NCBI GenBank assembly: GCA_035651095.1 | Contig: DASRGI010000274.1 | Span: 1,489-65,488 of the forward strand | Length of the DNA stretch: 64,000 bases | From: Acidimicrobiales bacterium | GTDB taxonomy: Bacteria; Actinomycetota; Acidimicrobiia; Acidimicrobiales; JAUTXP01 | Direction: 5' to 3' | Part shown: positions 37,276 through 46,097 of the stretch, one piece after another | How positions within the stretch are numbered: the stretch's first letter is position 1 | Layout: every line of letters begins with the position of its first letter | The notes under the pieces: model-generated | The model's input: only the letters and a program-made list of their open reading frames with translations | Told to the model about the DNA's origin: nothing | The model's database searches: none | Translations under genes and position numbers: made by a program

Positions 37276-38907
37276 TCAGACGGGGACGTCGGTCTTGTCC
37301 GGAGCCGGCATGCTCGCCGGGACAGGTCCGGACCTGGGCAGGTTGGCCGGGGTCGAGTACGTCATGCCCTGGCCGAACTCCACGTGGTAGGCGGGCGTGC
37401 CGTGCTCGTGCAGGTCGAGTCCCTCGAGCTCGCCGTCCGGCGACACCCGCAGGCTCCACGAGCCCCGGATGGACTTGATGGCGTACATCACGAACAGCGC
37501 CACCGACCCCACCACGACGATGCACGTGAGGCTGCCGATGGCCTGGGTCACGAGCTGGGACGTGCCGCCTCCGTAGAGCAAGCCCTTGACGACGGTGGAG
37601 TTGTCGGCCCCGTCGGCCGTGGGGATGCCGAACTGCCCGGTGGCCAAGAGGCCGATGGACAGCGTTCCCCAGATGCCGGCCATGCCGTGCACCGGGAAGG
37701 CGCCGATGGGGTCGTCGATGCGCAGCCGCTCCAGGAGGTCGACGCCGAGGGGCACGACGATGCCGGCCACGGCGCCGATGATCAGCGCCCCCGACGGTGA
37801 CACCCAGTAGCACGGGGCGGTGATGGCGACCAGGCCACCGAGGAACCCATTGAGGGAGATGCCCAGGTCCCACTTCTTCGATCGTGGGTAGACGAACAGC
37901 ACCGCCACCATGCCGCCCGCACAGGCCGCCAGCGTGGTGTTGGCCGCCACTCGGCCGATGCCCGTCCAGTCCATGGCCGACAGGGTCGAGCCCGGGTTGA
38001 AGCCGTACCAGCCGAACCACAGGATGACGGCGCCGATGGAGGCCATGGTCAGGTCGTGGGGCGGGGTAGGGCCGCCGCCATCTCGCTTGAACTTGCGACC
38101 GAGGCGGGGGCCGAGGGCGATGGCGCCGGCCAGGGCGATCACGCCGCCGACCGTGTGCACCACCGTCGAGCCGGCGAAGTCACGGAACACGGTGCCACCG
38201 GCCAGGCCGTGGAACCAGCCCATGGTGTTGCCCAGCCACCCGCCAGGGCCCCAGACCCAGTGGCCGAAGATCGGGTAGATGAAGCCCGACACGCACGTGC
38301 TGTAGAGGATGTCGCCCTTGAAGCCCGTGCGCCCCACCATGGCGCCGGACGTGATGGTCGAGGCCGTGTCGGCGAAGGCGAACTGGAACAGGAAGAAGGC
38401 GAGGAAGGCCACGCCCGTCGTCCCGTACGCCCCGCTGACGCCATGCAGGAAGAAGTACTGGTGGCCGATGATCCCGTTGCCGGCGCCGAACATGAACGCG
38501 AACCCGATGGCCCACCACAGCAGGCCGCACAGGCACGTGTCGAACACGCACTCCAACAGGATGTTGACCGTCTCCCGGGATCGGGCGAAGCCCGCCTCCA
38601 GGGCCATGAACCCGGCCTGCATGAAGAACACGAGGAAGGCGGTGACCAGGACCCAGATGGTGTTGATGGGACTGATCAACTGGTTCGCGGTGTGGACGAT
38701 CGGAGCGCTCGTCTGCGCTCCAGCTGCGCTGTCGAAGTACCAGGTCACCCCTTTCATGATCCCGAGCAGTGACAGGATCCCGAGCATCTTGCCGCCCAGG
38801 ATCACGGCCATCAGCTTCCGTGTCTCCCTTTGCTTCAACCGAGCCCACTTGGTTCGCAACATGCGACGGACGGTACGGGCGGGTTGTTTCCCAACCGTGC
38901 CCGTCAT
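37276..38907 (-). CDS. amtB: Ammonium transporter
   Basis: Amt signatures FFMQAGFMALEAG, DFAGSTVVHTVGG and GAFPVHGMAGIWGTL. 543 aa counted from ATG 38907. The N-terminal ~40 aa may not be translated (alternative internal starts exist), and there is a C-terminal cytoplasmic extension. Confidence 0.9.
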   Translation of the reverse strand: MTGTVGKQPARTVRRMLRTKWARLKQRETRKLMAVILGGKMLGILSLLGIMKGVTWYFDSAAGAQTSAPIVHTANQLISPINTIWVLVTAFLVFFMQAGFMALEAGFARSRETVNILLECVFDTCLCGLLWWAIGFAFMFGAGNGIIGHQYFFLHGVSGAYGTTGVAFLAFFLFQFAFADTASTITSGAMVGRTGFKGDILYSTCVSGFIYPIFGHWVWGPGGWLGNTMGWFHGLAGGTVFRDFAGSTVVHTVGGVIALAGAIALGPRLGRKFKRDGGGPTPPHDLTMASIGAVILWFGWYGFNPGSTLSAMDWTGIGRVAANTTLAACAGGMVAVLFVYPRSKKWDLGISLNGFLGGLVAITAPCYWVSPSGALIIGAVAGIVVPLGVDLLERLRIDDPIGAFPVHGMAGIWGTLSIGLLATGQFGIPTADGADNSTVVKGLLYGGGTSQLVTQAIGSLTCIVVVGSVALFVMYAIKSIRGSWSLRVSPDGELEGLDLHEHGTPAYHVEFGQGMTYSTPANLPRSGPVPASMPAPDKTDVPV

Positions 38908-38918
38908 GTCTCAGGAGG

Positions 38919-38945
38919 GTTACGTTCTGTTTCCTTCGTGTGAAC
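38919..38945 (-). promoter_or_regulatory. Candidate GlnR-type box in the amtB/glnD divergent region
   Basis: The minus strand reads GTTCAC-ACGAAG-GAAAC-AGAAC-GTAAC. This resembles the actinobacterial GlnR a-site/b-site pattern gTnAc-n6-GaAAc. The second spacer is 5 nt instead of 6. Only one locus is available, so support is weak. Confidence 0.25.
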
Positions 38946-38954
38946 GGGCCACCC

Positions 38955-41264
38955 ATGCGGTCGCGTTGCCTTTACCGTGCACGTGTGACCCTCGAGCGAC
39001 AGTCGCTGTTCGATGCCGACGCGCTCACCGGCGCGGCCTGGTGCCGGGCGCACAGCGACGTGGTGGACGCCTGGCTGGCTGAACTGTGGGGGCGGGCGCT
39101 GGAGGGCGCTGAAAGTGCTGGCGGTGCGTCGCCGGGCATGGCCCTGGCCGCCGTGGGCGGGTACGGCCGCTCCGAGCTGTGCCCCCACAGCGACCTCGAC
39201 GTCATGCTCGTGCACGACCGCCGGTCCGCGTCTGGCGAGGTGGCAGGGGTGGCCGATCGGGTCTGGTACCCCATATGGGACGAAGGCCTGCATCTCGGCC
39301 ACAGCGTGTCCACCATCCGTGAGGCCCTCTCACTCGCGTCCGACGACTTGGACACCGCCACTGCCCTCCTGAGCGCCCGCCCCATCGCCGGCGACGCGGG
39401 ACTGGTGCACACCTTGGCCGACGAGGCGCAGGCCTTGTGGCGCAAGCGATCCAAGCGGTGGCTGGCCCAGTTGGCCGACCGGGTGGACGAGCGCCACGCC
39501 ACGGCCGGCGAGGTCGCCTACCGCATGGAGCCCGACCTGAAGGACGGGCGGGGTGGGCTGCGCGACGCCCACTCCCTCCGGTGGGCCGACCTGGCCCGGC
39601 CCGTGCTGGTGGAGGACGACCGCGCCGGGTTGGACGCGGCCTACGGCGTCCTTCTCGACGCCCGCGTCGAGTTGCACCGGGTGGCCGGCCGGTCCACCAA
39701 CGTGCTGGCGCTGCCCCACCAAGCCGCGGTGGCGTCCCGCTTGGGGATGCCGGGTGCCGACGAGCTGATGACCACGTTGGCCGAGGCGGGGCGCGCCGTC
39801 GCCTGGACGAGTGACGACACGTGGCGGCGCGTGCGCGCTCGCCTGCGAGGAGGGCTGCGCTCGCGGTCGGCGTCGCCGGCGGTCGGCCCTGGCCTGGTGC
39901 TGCGCGACGGCGAGGTGTGGGTTGACCCGTCCGCGCTGGCCCACGACGAGGACGGCTCGTTGACCTTGCGGGTGGCGGCCGTGGCCGCCCGCCATCACGC
40001 GGTGATCGAGCGGGACTCGTTGGAGCGACTGGCCACGGCCGGGCGAGTGGCGTCGCTGCCGTCGCCCTGGCCGGTGGCGGCCCGCATGGCGCTGATCGAG
40101 CTGGTGCAGGCGGGGTCGGCGGCCGGTCGGGTCATCGAAGCGTTGGACCAGCGAGGGGTGTGGGCCCGGCTGCTGCCCGAGTGGGCGCCCATCGCCTCGC
40201 GGCGCCACCGCCACCTGCTCCAGACGGTCGCGGCCGCCGCTGGCCCGTCCTTGGTCGCCGGGGTGAAACGGCCGGACCTGCTGGCGTTAGGCGCCTTGTT
40301 GCACGGCCTGGGCCCGGAGCCCGTCGAGCGCGTCGCCACGCGCATGGGGCTCCCCCCGGCCGACGTCACCACACTGATCGAGCTGGCCGAGCACCGCTCG
40401 CTGCTCGCTGAGGTCGCCACCCGGCGGGACCTGGACGACGTGGCCACCATCGAGCGGGTGGTCAAGGCCATCGGCGGGGCCGACCAGCTGCACCTGCTGG
40501 CCGCGTTGACGGAGGCCGAGGCACTTGCCGCCGGCCCCGCCGCGTGGGGTCCGTGGAAGGCGGGGCTGGTAGCCCAACTGGTCGACCGGGTGGCCCACGT
40601 GCTCGACGGCGGGGAAGCCGCCGCGCTGATGGTCGACGCCTTCCCCACCGGCGACCACCTGGCCCTGCTGGAGGCGGGCATCGACCACGTGGCCGGGTCG
40701 GGCGACACGCTGACCGTCGTCAACGACGACCGGCCGGGCATGTTCAGCCGCATCGCCGGCGTGCTGGCCTTGCACGGGCTGGACGTGCTCGCCGCGGCGG
40801 CGTGGTCCAGCGAGGACGGGCGGGCGCTGGCCGAGTTCCGGGTGGCCGACCCGATGCGGGACGAGACGCCGTGGGCCCGCATCACGCGGGACCTGGCCCT
40901 GGTGCTCGACGGCCGGCTGGCCCTGCACGCCCGCATCGCCGAGCGGGTGCGGACGTACGGTCGGGCGCGGGTGGGCGGCGCGGCCGTGGGGACGGGCCCG
41001 CCGGCGTCGGTGACGTTCGACAACAGCGCCTCGGACGACGCCACCGTGGTCGACGTGGAGACGGCCGACGGCGTGGGCGTGCTGTACCGCATCACCCGAG
41101 CGCTGGCCGAGCTGGACCTCGACATCCGGTCGGCCCGCGTGCAGACGATGGGCACGCACGTGGTCGACGCGTTCTACCTGCGGGACCGCCACGGCCGCAA
41201 GATCGTCGAGCCCGCCACCCTGGCCGAGATCGAGCGGGCCATCCTCCACGGCCTGGCGGAGTAG
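38955..41264 (+). CDS. glnD: [Protein-PII] uridylyl/adenylyl-transferase GlnD homolog with apparently degenerate HD domain
   Basis: Nucleotidyltransferase motif GGYGRSELCPHSDLDVMLVH. Two C-terminal ACT domains (TLTVVNDDRPGMFSRIAGVLA..., VVDVETADGVGVLYRITRALA...). The start is uncertain: ATG 38955 is used, and GTG 38985 is possible. Confidence 0.85.
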   Translation: MRSRCLYRARVTLERQSLFDADALTGAAWCRAHSDVVDAWLAELWGRALEGAESAGGASPGMALAAVGGYGRSELCPHSDLDVMLVHDRRSASGEVAGVADRVWYPIWDEGLHLGHSVSTIREALSLASDDLDTATALLSARPIAGDAGLVHTLADEAQALWRKRSKRWLAQLADRVDERHATAGEVAYRMEPDLKDGRGGLRDAHSLRWADLARPVLVEDDRAGLDAAYGVLLDARVELHRVAGRSTNVLALPHQAAVASRLGMPGADELMTTLAEAGRAVAWTSDDTWRRVRARLRGGLRSRSASPAVGPGLVLRDGEVWVDPSALAHDEDGSLTLRVAAVAARHHAVIERDSLERLATAGRVASLPSPWPVAARMALIELVQAGSAAGRVIEALDQRGVWARLLPEWAPIASRRHRHLLQTVAAAAGPSLVAGVKRPDLLALGALLHGLGPEPVERVATRMGLPPADVTTLIELAEHRSLLAEVATRRDLDDVATIERVVKAIGGADQLHLLAALTEAEALAAGPAAWGPWKAGLVAQLVDRVAHVLDGGEAAALMVDAFPTGDHLALLEAGIDHVAGSGDTLTVVNDDRPGMFSRIAGVLALHGLDVLAAAAWSSEDGRALAEFRVADPMRDETPWARITRDLALVLDGRLALHARIAERVRTYGRARVGGAAVGTGPPASVTFDNSASDDATVVDVETADGVGVLYRITRALAELDLDIRSARVQTMGTHVVDAFYLRDRHGRKIVEPATLAEIERAILHGLAE

Positions 41265-41287
41265 CGCCCTCTGCTCCCCCCTCCGGC

Positions 41288-41334
41288 TTCTCGTAACGCT
41301 GGCGCCCACATAGTCCTCGCCAGCGTTACGAGAA
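41288..41334. repeat. Conserved palindromic hairpin element (copy B) in a convergent intergenic gap
   Basis: TTCTCGTAACGCTGGCG (41288-41304) pairs perfectly with CGCCAGCGTTACGAGAA (41318-41334) around a 13-nt loop. It sits between the glnD stop (41264, +) and the marP-like stop (41351, -). Confidence 0.75.
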
Positions 41335-41350
41335 CGGTTTGCGGCGCCGA

Positions 41351-42523
41351 CTACTCGGCAGCGCAGGGGCCGGTGCTGACGGGCGTCGTGCGTTGCTCGG
41401 CGGGCGTCACCTCGCGGGCGACCTCGTCCGACGTCAGCGCGAACCCGATGTCGTCGTTGCGCACCGAGCGGGAGAACACCACGCCGGCCACCGACCCGTC
41501 CGGTCGCACCAGCGGTCCACCGGAGTTGCCCGGCCGGATGCGCGATTCCAGCTCGTACACCAGCCGGGTCGTCAGGCCCTGCCCGTAGATGTTGCGGCCC
41601 ACGGCGTCGATACGGGCCAGCACCACCGCGGGCTCGGCGTCGAAGGGCCCACCCCCCGGGTACCCGAGTACCGCGCCCGCCGTGCCCCGGTCCACGGCCC
41701 TGGGCTCGAGAGAGAGGGGCGGATCCGTCACCCCAGTGGCGCGGAGGACGGCCAGGTCGAGGTTGGGGTCGAACAGCACGGCGACGGCGGGGTGCGACCC
41801 CCGGCGGTCGAGCACGACGGGCCGGCGCACCCCGGCCACCACGTGGGCGTTGGTCACCACCACGTCGGGCGCCACCACGAAGCCCGAGCCCTCGAGGATG
41901 CCGCCGCACCCCGGGCCCATGATCTTCACCGTGGAGGCACCGGCCTTCTCCACCGCGGCCCGAACCACCGGGTCGGCTGGGAGGGGCAGCCGGGCGGCGG
42001 GGGCGGGCTCGAACTGGGCGAAGACCTGGGGCAGCCCGTGGGCATCGAGGATGCGCTGCACCCGCGAGAAGACGTCCGGCGCGGGCGGGAGGATGCGGTC
42101 CAGCGCCCGCAGGACGGCGGACCGCTGCACCTCTCCGGACAGGGGGCGGGCGGGCACGTTGGCGACCAGGCTGCCGATGAGCCACGCCGACAGCAGCGTG
42201 GCCGCCGACGCCACGACCGCCCCCAGGATGGCGTCGAAGGTGGCCAGGCGAGTGCGGCGCAGTCGCCCCCACATCCGCACACCGACCTGGCGCCCCAGCG
42301 TGCCGAAAATGGCGGCCAGACCGAACACGCTGACCAGCCCGAGCAGGGCCTTGGCGAAGGGGTCGTCGGCCAGGCGGGCGAGCACCGGCGCCAGCGCGGC
42401 GCCCACGAGCAGGCCCGCGGCCAAGCCCACGAAGGACAGGGCCTGGACGGCCGCGCCCAGCCAGAGGCCATGGAGCGCGGCCGCCACCACGGCCAGAAGG
42501 ATGACGATGTCGACGAGGTCCAC
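41351..42523 (-). CDS. MarP-like membrane serine protease (CvpA-type membrane domain plus trypsin-like domain)
   Basis: An N-terminal four-helix CvpA-like region, then VVTNAHVVAG (His), DLAVL (Asp) and PGNSGGPLV (Ser). This is the same architecture as mycobacterial MarP (Rv3671c). Confidence 0.8.
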   Translation of the reverse strand: MDLVDIVILLAVVAAALHGLWLGAAVQALSFVGLAAGLLVGAALAPVLARLADDPFAKALLGLVSVFGLAAIFGTLGRQVGVRMWGRLRRTRLATFDAILGAVVASAATLLSAWLIGSLVANVPARPLSGEVQRSAVLRALDRILPPAPDVFSRVQRILDAHGLPQVFAQFEPAPAARLPLPADPVVRAAVEKAGASTVKIMGPGCGGILEGSGFVVAPDVVVTNAHVVAGVRRPVVLDRRGSHPAVAVLFDPNLDLAVLRATGVTDPPLSLEPRAVDRGTAGAVLGYPGGGPFDAEPAVVLARIDAVGRNIYGQGLTTRLVYELESRIRPGNSGGPLVRPDGSVAGVVFSRSVRNDDIGFALTSDEVAREVTPAEQRTTPVSTGPCAAE

Positions 42524-42550
42524 GGGCCCTGGCGGGTCGGGGCCGGTCGG

Positions 42551-43003
42551 CTACCTGATCTCGATTCGCTTGGGCTTGTCGGCCGACGCCTTGGGGATCC
42601 GGACCTCGAGCACGCCATGCTCGAGTGACGCCTCGACTCCGGTGTCGTCCACGTCGGCGGGGAGCACGACCTCGAAGCGGAAGCGGCCGACGGCTCGGGT
42701 CTGGTGGCGCAAGATTCCCTTCCGCTCCTTCTCCGTGCGCTCGCCGGTGACAATCAGCCGGCGGCCCATGACCTCCAAGTCGATGTCATTCTTCTTCACG
42801 CCCGGCAGCTCGATGTCGACCACGAAGGCGTCGTCCGTCTCCTCGACGTCGGCCACGGGCATGAAGTCCGAGCCGATGGGGCCGCGCATCTGGGGCCAGT
42901 CCTGGAAGACCTGGGCCAGTTGCTGTTGCAGCTCGTCGAACGGGTCCCACCGGGCGACCTCAGCGGGACGGCGTTGCTGGCCTTGGTTGGCGGGGAGGGT
43001 CAT
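42551..43003 (-). CDS. Hsp20/alpha-crystallin family small heat-shock protein
   Basis: Alpha-crystallin domain FVVDIELPGVKKNDIDLEV...LIVTGER...F.F.V.LP..VD......A.L..GVL.V.IPK. Start taken at ATG 43003. Confidence 0.9.
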   Translation of the reverse strand: MTLPANQGQQRRPAEVARWDPFDELQQQLAQVFQDWPQMRGPIGSDFMPVADVEETDDAFVVDIELPGVKKNDIDLEVMGRRLIVTGERTEKERKGILRHQTRAVGRFRFEVVLPADVDDTGVEASLEHGVLEVRIPKASADKPKRIEIR

Positions 43004-43192
43004 GGTCCCTAGCATCCGACGGGCCGGGGCCGGCGCGCATCCCCCGAACGCGTGGTTCACCCGGCCCAGTGCGAGCGCCGGCGGCGCGGGCGCGCGTCCC
43101 TACGGGAACAGGCCGAGCGACAGGCCTATCCCGGCGATGATCATCACGACGCCAACAACAACCTTCCACCCGTCTTGACGGCTCGGTGCCGA

Positions 43193-43243
43193 CGCGTTTC
43201 GTGTGCAGCAATGCGCAACTATCGCGATCTGCCGCACACAGAA
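43193..43243. repeat. About 45-nt conserved motif, copy 1 (GTGTGCAGCAATGCGCA core)
   Basis: A 17-nt exact match with 60953-60969, and roughly 80% identity by hand alignment over about 45 nt. It lies in the 359-nt hsp20/LAL intergenic region, about 200 nt upstream of hsp20. Confidence 0.5.
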
Positions 43244-43419
43244 GAGGCCGCCCGCGGACGGGGCCTGTGCAACCGGCTCGCTCGTACGCCCTGGGGCGGC
43301 GGCGGCGCCCGACGAGTGTTGTGAAAAGGCTCCTCGGACGCGTGGTTTCCCTCCCCCCGCACGGCGGGTAGCGCAGCACCCTCACCAAACAACCGACAAC
43401 ACGTGGGGGGGAAACCCAA

Positions 43420-45876
43420 GTGGGTGGAACGGGTACCGGCCTGGCCGGCGGCCCCACACGAGGCCGTACCGCCGAAGACCAGCTCTTGCGAGCACGCCTG
43501 CGGGCTGCGGCCCAGGGTCGAGGTGGGGTCGTGCTCCTGGAGGGCCCGGCCGGGATCGGCAAGAGCCGCCACCTGTCGGACGTGGTCACCCGAGCGGCCG
43601 AGACGGGCATGGCCGTGGCCGGGCCGGACGCCGTCGCCAGGGTGAACCAAGGGGCGGCCGGCGCGACAGCGATCACCGATGCCGAGTCGCCCCTCGTCAT
43701 CGTCCTCGACGACCTCCAGTGGGCCGACCCCGCCACCCTCCTCACCATCCAGCGCCTGACGTTGGAGTTGGTGTCCCATCCCCTGCTCTGGATCCTTGCC
43801 GGCCGGCGGGTCAGGGGCACACCCCTCGACCGGCTGCACTCTCTCTTGGAGGCAGCCGTCGGTGCGTCCCGCCTCCGCCTGGCGCCATTGGCGCCCGACG
43901 CCGTCACCGAGGTGATTGTCGACGTGCTCGGCGCCCGGCCCGACGCCGGTCTGCTCGCCCTGGCCGAGGGGGCGGGGGGCAACCCGCTGCTCGTCGTCGA
44001 GTTGGTGGAGGGCTTGCGGGACGAGGGCTCGGTCGTCGTCGAGCGCGGGGAGGCCCGGCTCCTGTCGGACCAGCTCCCTCGGCGAGTCGAGGCCTGCGTC
44101 TCCTACCGGCTGGGTGGCCTCTCCCCCGCGTCGCTCCACCTCTTGGAGGTGGCGGCCTTGCTCGGTCGGTCCTTCGCCGTCGAGGACCTGGCCGGGGTAC
44201 TGGACCAGCCCGTGGCCGACATCCTCATGCCGTTGCAGGAGCTGGTCGACGCCGGTGTGCTCGTGCCCGCATCGGGCGAGGCCATGGGGTTCCACCACGA
44301 CCTCGTCCGCCAGACGCTCTACCGGGCCATGCCCGAGCCCACTCGCAAGGCCCTGCACCGGGAGATCGGTGACCGGCTGTTGGCCCGTCACCCATCGGCG
44401 GCGCTGGCGGCCCCCCATCTGGTGCAGGGCGCCCGGCCCGGCGACCGCGACGCCCTCGCCGCTTTGGATCGGGCAGTGAACGAACTGGTGTCGACCGCGC
44501 CCGCGGCCGCCGCCGACATGGCCGTGCGGGCATTGCGCCTCACCGAGGCGAGCGACGACGCCCAAGTCGACCGGGTGGTCGCCGCCGTCAACGCACTGGT
44601 GGCCGCCGGGCGGGTGGCCGAGGCACTGGAGGTGGCCGGCCACGTTCCCGCCGGTGCCGATCCGCGCCTCGACGGGGCCGTGGCCTCGGTCATGCTCACC
44701 GACGGCCGCCTGGACGAGGCCCTGGCTTTGGCCCTGGCCGCCCACGCCGATGTCGTCCACGTGCTGACCCTGGTGGCCAAGGGCGACGCCCCCGCCGTGC
44801 GGGCCGCGGCCGAGCCCCTGCTGGCGGCCGGCGACGAGGCCTCGCTGGACGCCGGCCTCACCGCCATGGCCTGGCTGGCGTGGGACGAGGGGCGGGTGGC
44901 CGACGCCCTGGCCTTGGGGCGAGCGGCGGTGGCTCGTGACAACGACGGCAGCGCTCGAAGCCCGGCCCGACTGCTGCTGGCCGAAATGCTGACATCGGTG
45001 GACCAGTGGGCCGAGGCCGAGGCTCTGCTGGGGGCAGACGTCGAGCCCCCCTGGGCGCCTGGGTTGGCCCTGGGCCGCGCCCGCCTCCACCTGGCCGCCG
45101 GGCGATGGGACGAGGCCGCCACGGAGGCGGCTGCCGGATTGGCCCTGGCCGCCGAGTTGGCGGGTGGGCTGTTCATCGCTGGACTGCAAGCGGTGCTGGC
45201 TCACGAACCCGACCGCCACTCGCCCCACCATGCCGTGACCCTCGTGCGCTCGGCTCTGGCCGCCGGCGATCGGACGCAGGCCGCCGCCGTGGCCGCGCGG
45301 GCCGAGCAGCACGCGGCCATGAACCCCGAGTTCCCGTCGGTGGCGGCCGGCACCATGCACGCCCGGGGGTTGGCCGAGGCCGACGCCGACCTCCTCGCGC
45401 GCGCCGCCGGCCGGCATCGACGCCCGTGGCTGCGCGCGTCGGCATGGGAGGACGCCGGCAAGCTGTCGGGTCCGGAGCAACTCGAGCGGGCCCTCGCCGC
45501 GTACGAGAGCATGGGCGCCGAGCACGACGCAGCCCGGGTGCGGGCCCGCCTGCGGCGCATGGGTGTCCGCCGCCGCCATTGGGTCCGGGAGGATCGTCCC
45601 CTCACCGGGTGGAACAGCCTCACCGACACCGAGCGGCGGGTGGCCGCCCATGTGGCCGACGGCCTGACCAACGCCCAGGTGGCCGAGCACATGTTCCTGT
45701 CCCGCCACACGATCGACTTCCATTTGCGCCAGATCTTCCGGAAGCTGGCCATCAGCTCGCGGGTGGACCTGGCCCGGGTGGCGCTGGGAGAGCAAGGCAA
45801 GCAAGGCGACCAAGGCCAGACCACGCGGACGCGGGATGTGCCCGCTCCCCCATCGATGCGACCCTCGACGTGGTGA
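43420..45876 (+). CDS. LAL-type regulator (large ATP-binding LuxR family: AAA/NTPase domain, helical repeats, C-terminal LuxR HTH)
   Basis: GTG start at 43420. Walker A VLLEGPAGIGKS and Walker B-like LVIVLDDLQWAD. The long Ala/Leu-rich middle is TPR-like. C-terminal HTH: LTDTERRVAAHVADGLTNAQVAEHMFLSRHTIDFHLRQIFRKLAISSRVDL. Confidence 0.85.
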   Translation: MGGTGTGLAGGPTRGRTAEDQLLRARLRAAAQGRGGVVLLEGPAGIGKSRHLSDVVTRAAETGMAVAGPDAVARVNQGAAGATAITDAESPLVIVLDDLQWADPATLLTIQRLTLELVSHPLLWILAGRRVRGTPLDRLHSLLEAAVGASRLRLAPLAPDAVTEVIVDVLGARPDAGLLALAEGAGGNPLLVVELVEGLRDEGSVVVERGEARLLSDQLPRRVEACVSYRLGGLSPASLHLLEVAALLGRSFAVEDLAGVLDQPVADILMPLQELVDAGVLVPASGEAMGFHHDLVRQTLYRAMPEPTRKALHREIGDRLLARHPSAALAAPHLVQGARPGDRDALAALDRAVNELVSTAPAAAADMAVRALRLTEASDDAQVDRVVAAVNALVAAGRVAEALEVAGHVPAGADPRLDGAVASVMLTDGRLDEALALALAAHADVVHVLTLVAKGDAPAVRAAAEPLLAAGDEASLDAGLTAMAWLAWDEGRVADALALGRAAVARDNDGSARSPARLLLAEMLTSVDQWAEAEALLGADVEPPWAPGLALGRARLHLAAGRWDEAATEAAAGLALAAELAGGLFIAGLQAVLAHEPDRHSPHHAVTLVRSALAAGDRTQAAAVAARAEQHAAMNPEFPSVAAGTMHARGLAEADADLLARAAGRHRRPWLRASAWEDAGKLSGPEQLERALAAYESMGAEHDAARVRARLRRMGVRRRHWVREDRPLTGWNSLTDTERRVAAHVADGLTNAQVAEHMFLSRHTIDFHLRQIFRKLAISSRVDLARVALGEQGKQGDQGQTTRTRDVPAPPSMRPSTW

Positions 45877-46097
45877 CGTCATCCGACCGCGATCCCGAAC
45901 CTGACTGGCTGGCCGTGTGGGCCGATGTGCTCGCCCATCAGGAGCAGATGTCGGGACTGTTGCGACGGCTCGACCAGTTGCGAGCGGTGGCGGGCGACAG
46001 CGAGGGCGCGCTCCTCGAACAGTGCGCCCGCCAGTTGCGATCAGGCGAACACCGCCTCCAAGAACTGGCGGCGGTGTTCGGCAGCACCGCCGCGTAG
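45873..46097 (+). CDS. Candidate 74-aa ORF coupled to the LAL regulator, directly upstream of dnaK
   Basis: GTG 45873 overlaps the LAL stop as GTGA (45873-45876). The predicted product is helical (VTSSDRDPEPDWLAVWADVLAHQEQMSGLLRRLDQLRAVAG...). The ORF ends 33 nt before the dnaK ATG. GC3 is only moderate, so coding status is uncertain. Confidence 0.35.
   Translation: MTSSDRDPEPDWLAVWADVLAHQEQMSGLLRRLDQLRAVAGDSEGALLEQCARQLRSGEHRLQELAAVFGSTAA

Noticed and set aside
43201-43240. Reading the reverse complement of the repeat core (GGCAG...TTGCGCA) as a sigma-54 -24/-12 promoter.
   Set aside because: The GG-to-GC spacing is 17 nt instead of about 12, and sigma-54 is not expected in Actinobacteria.
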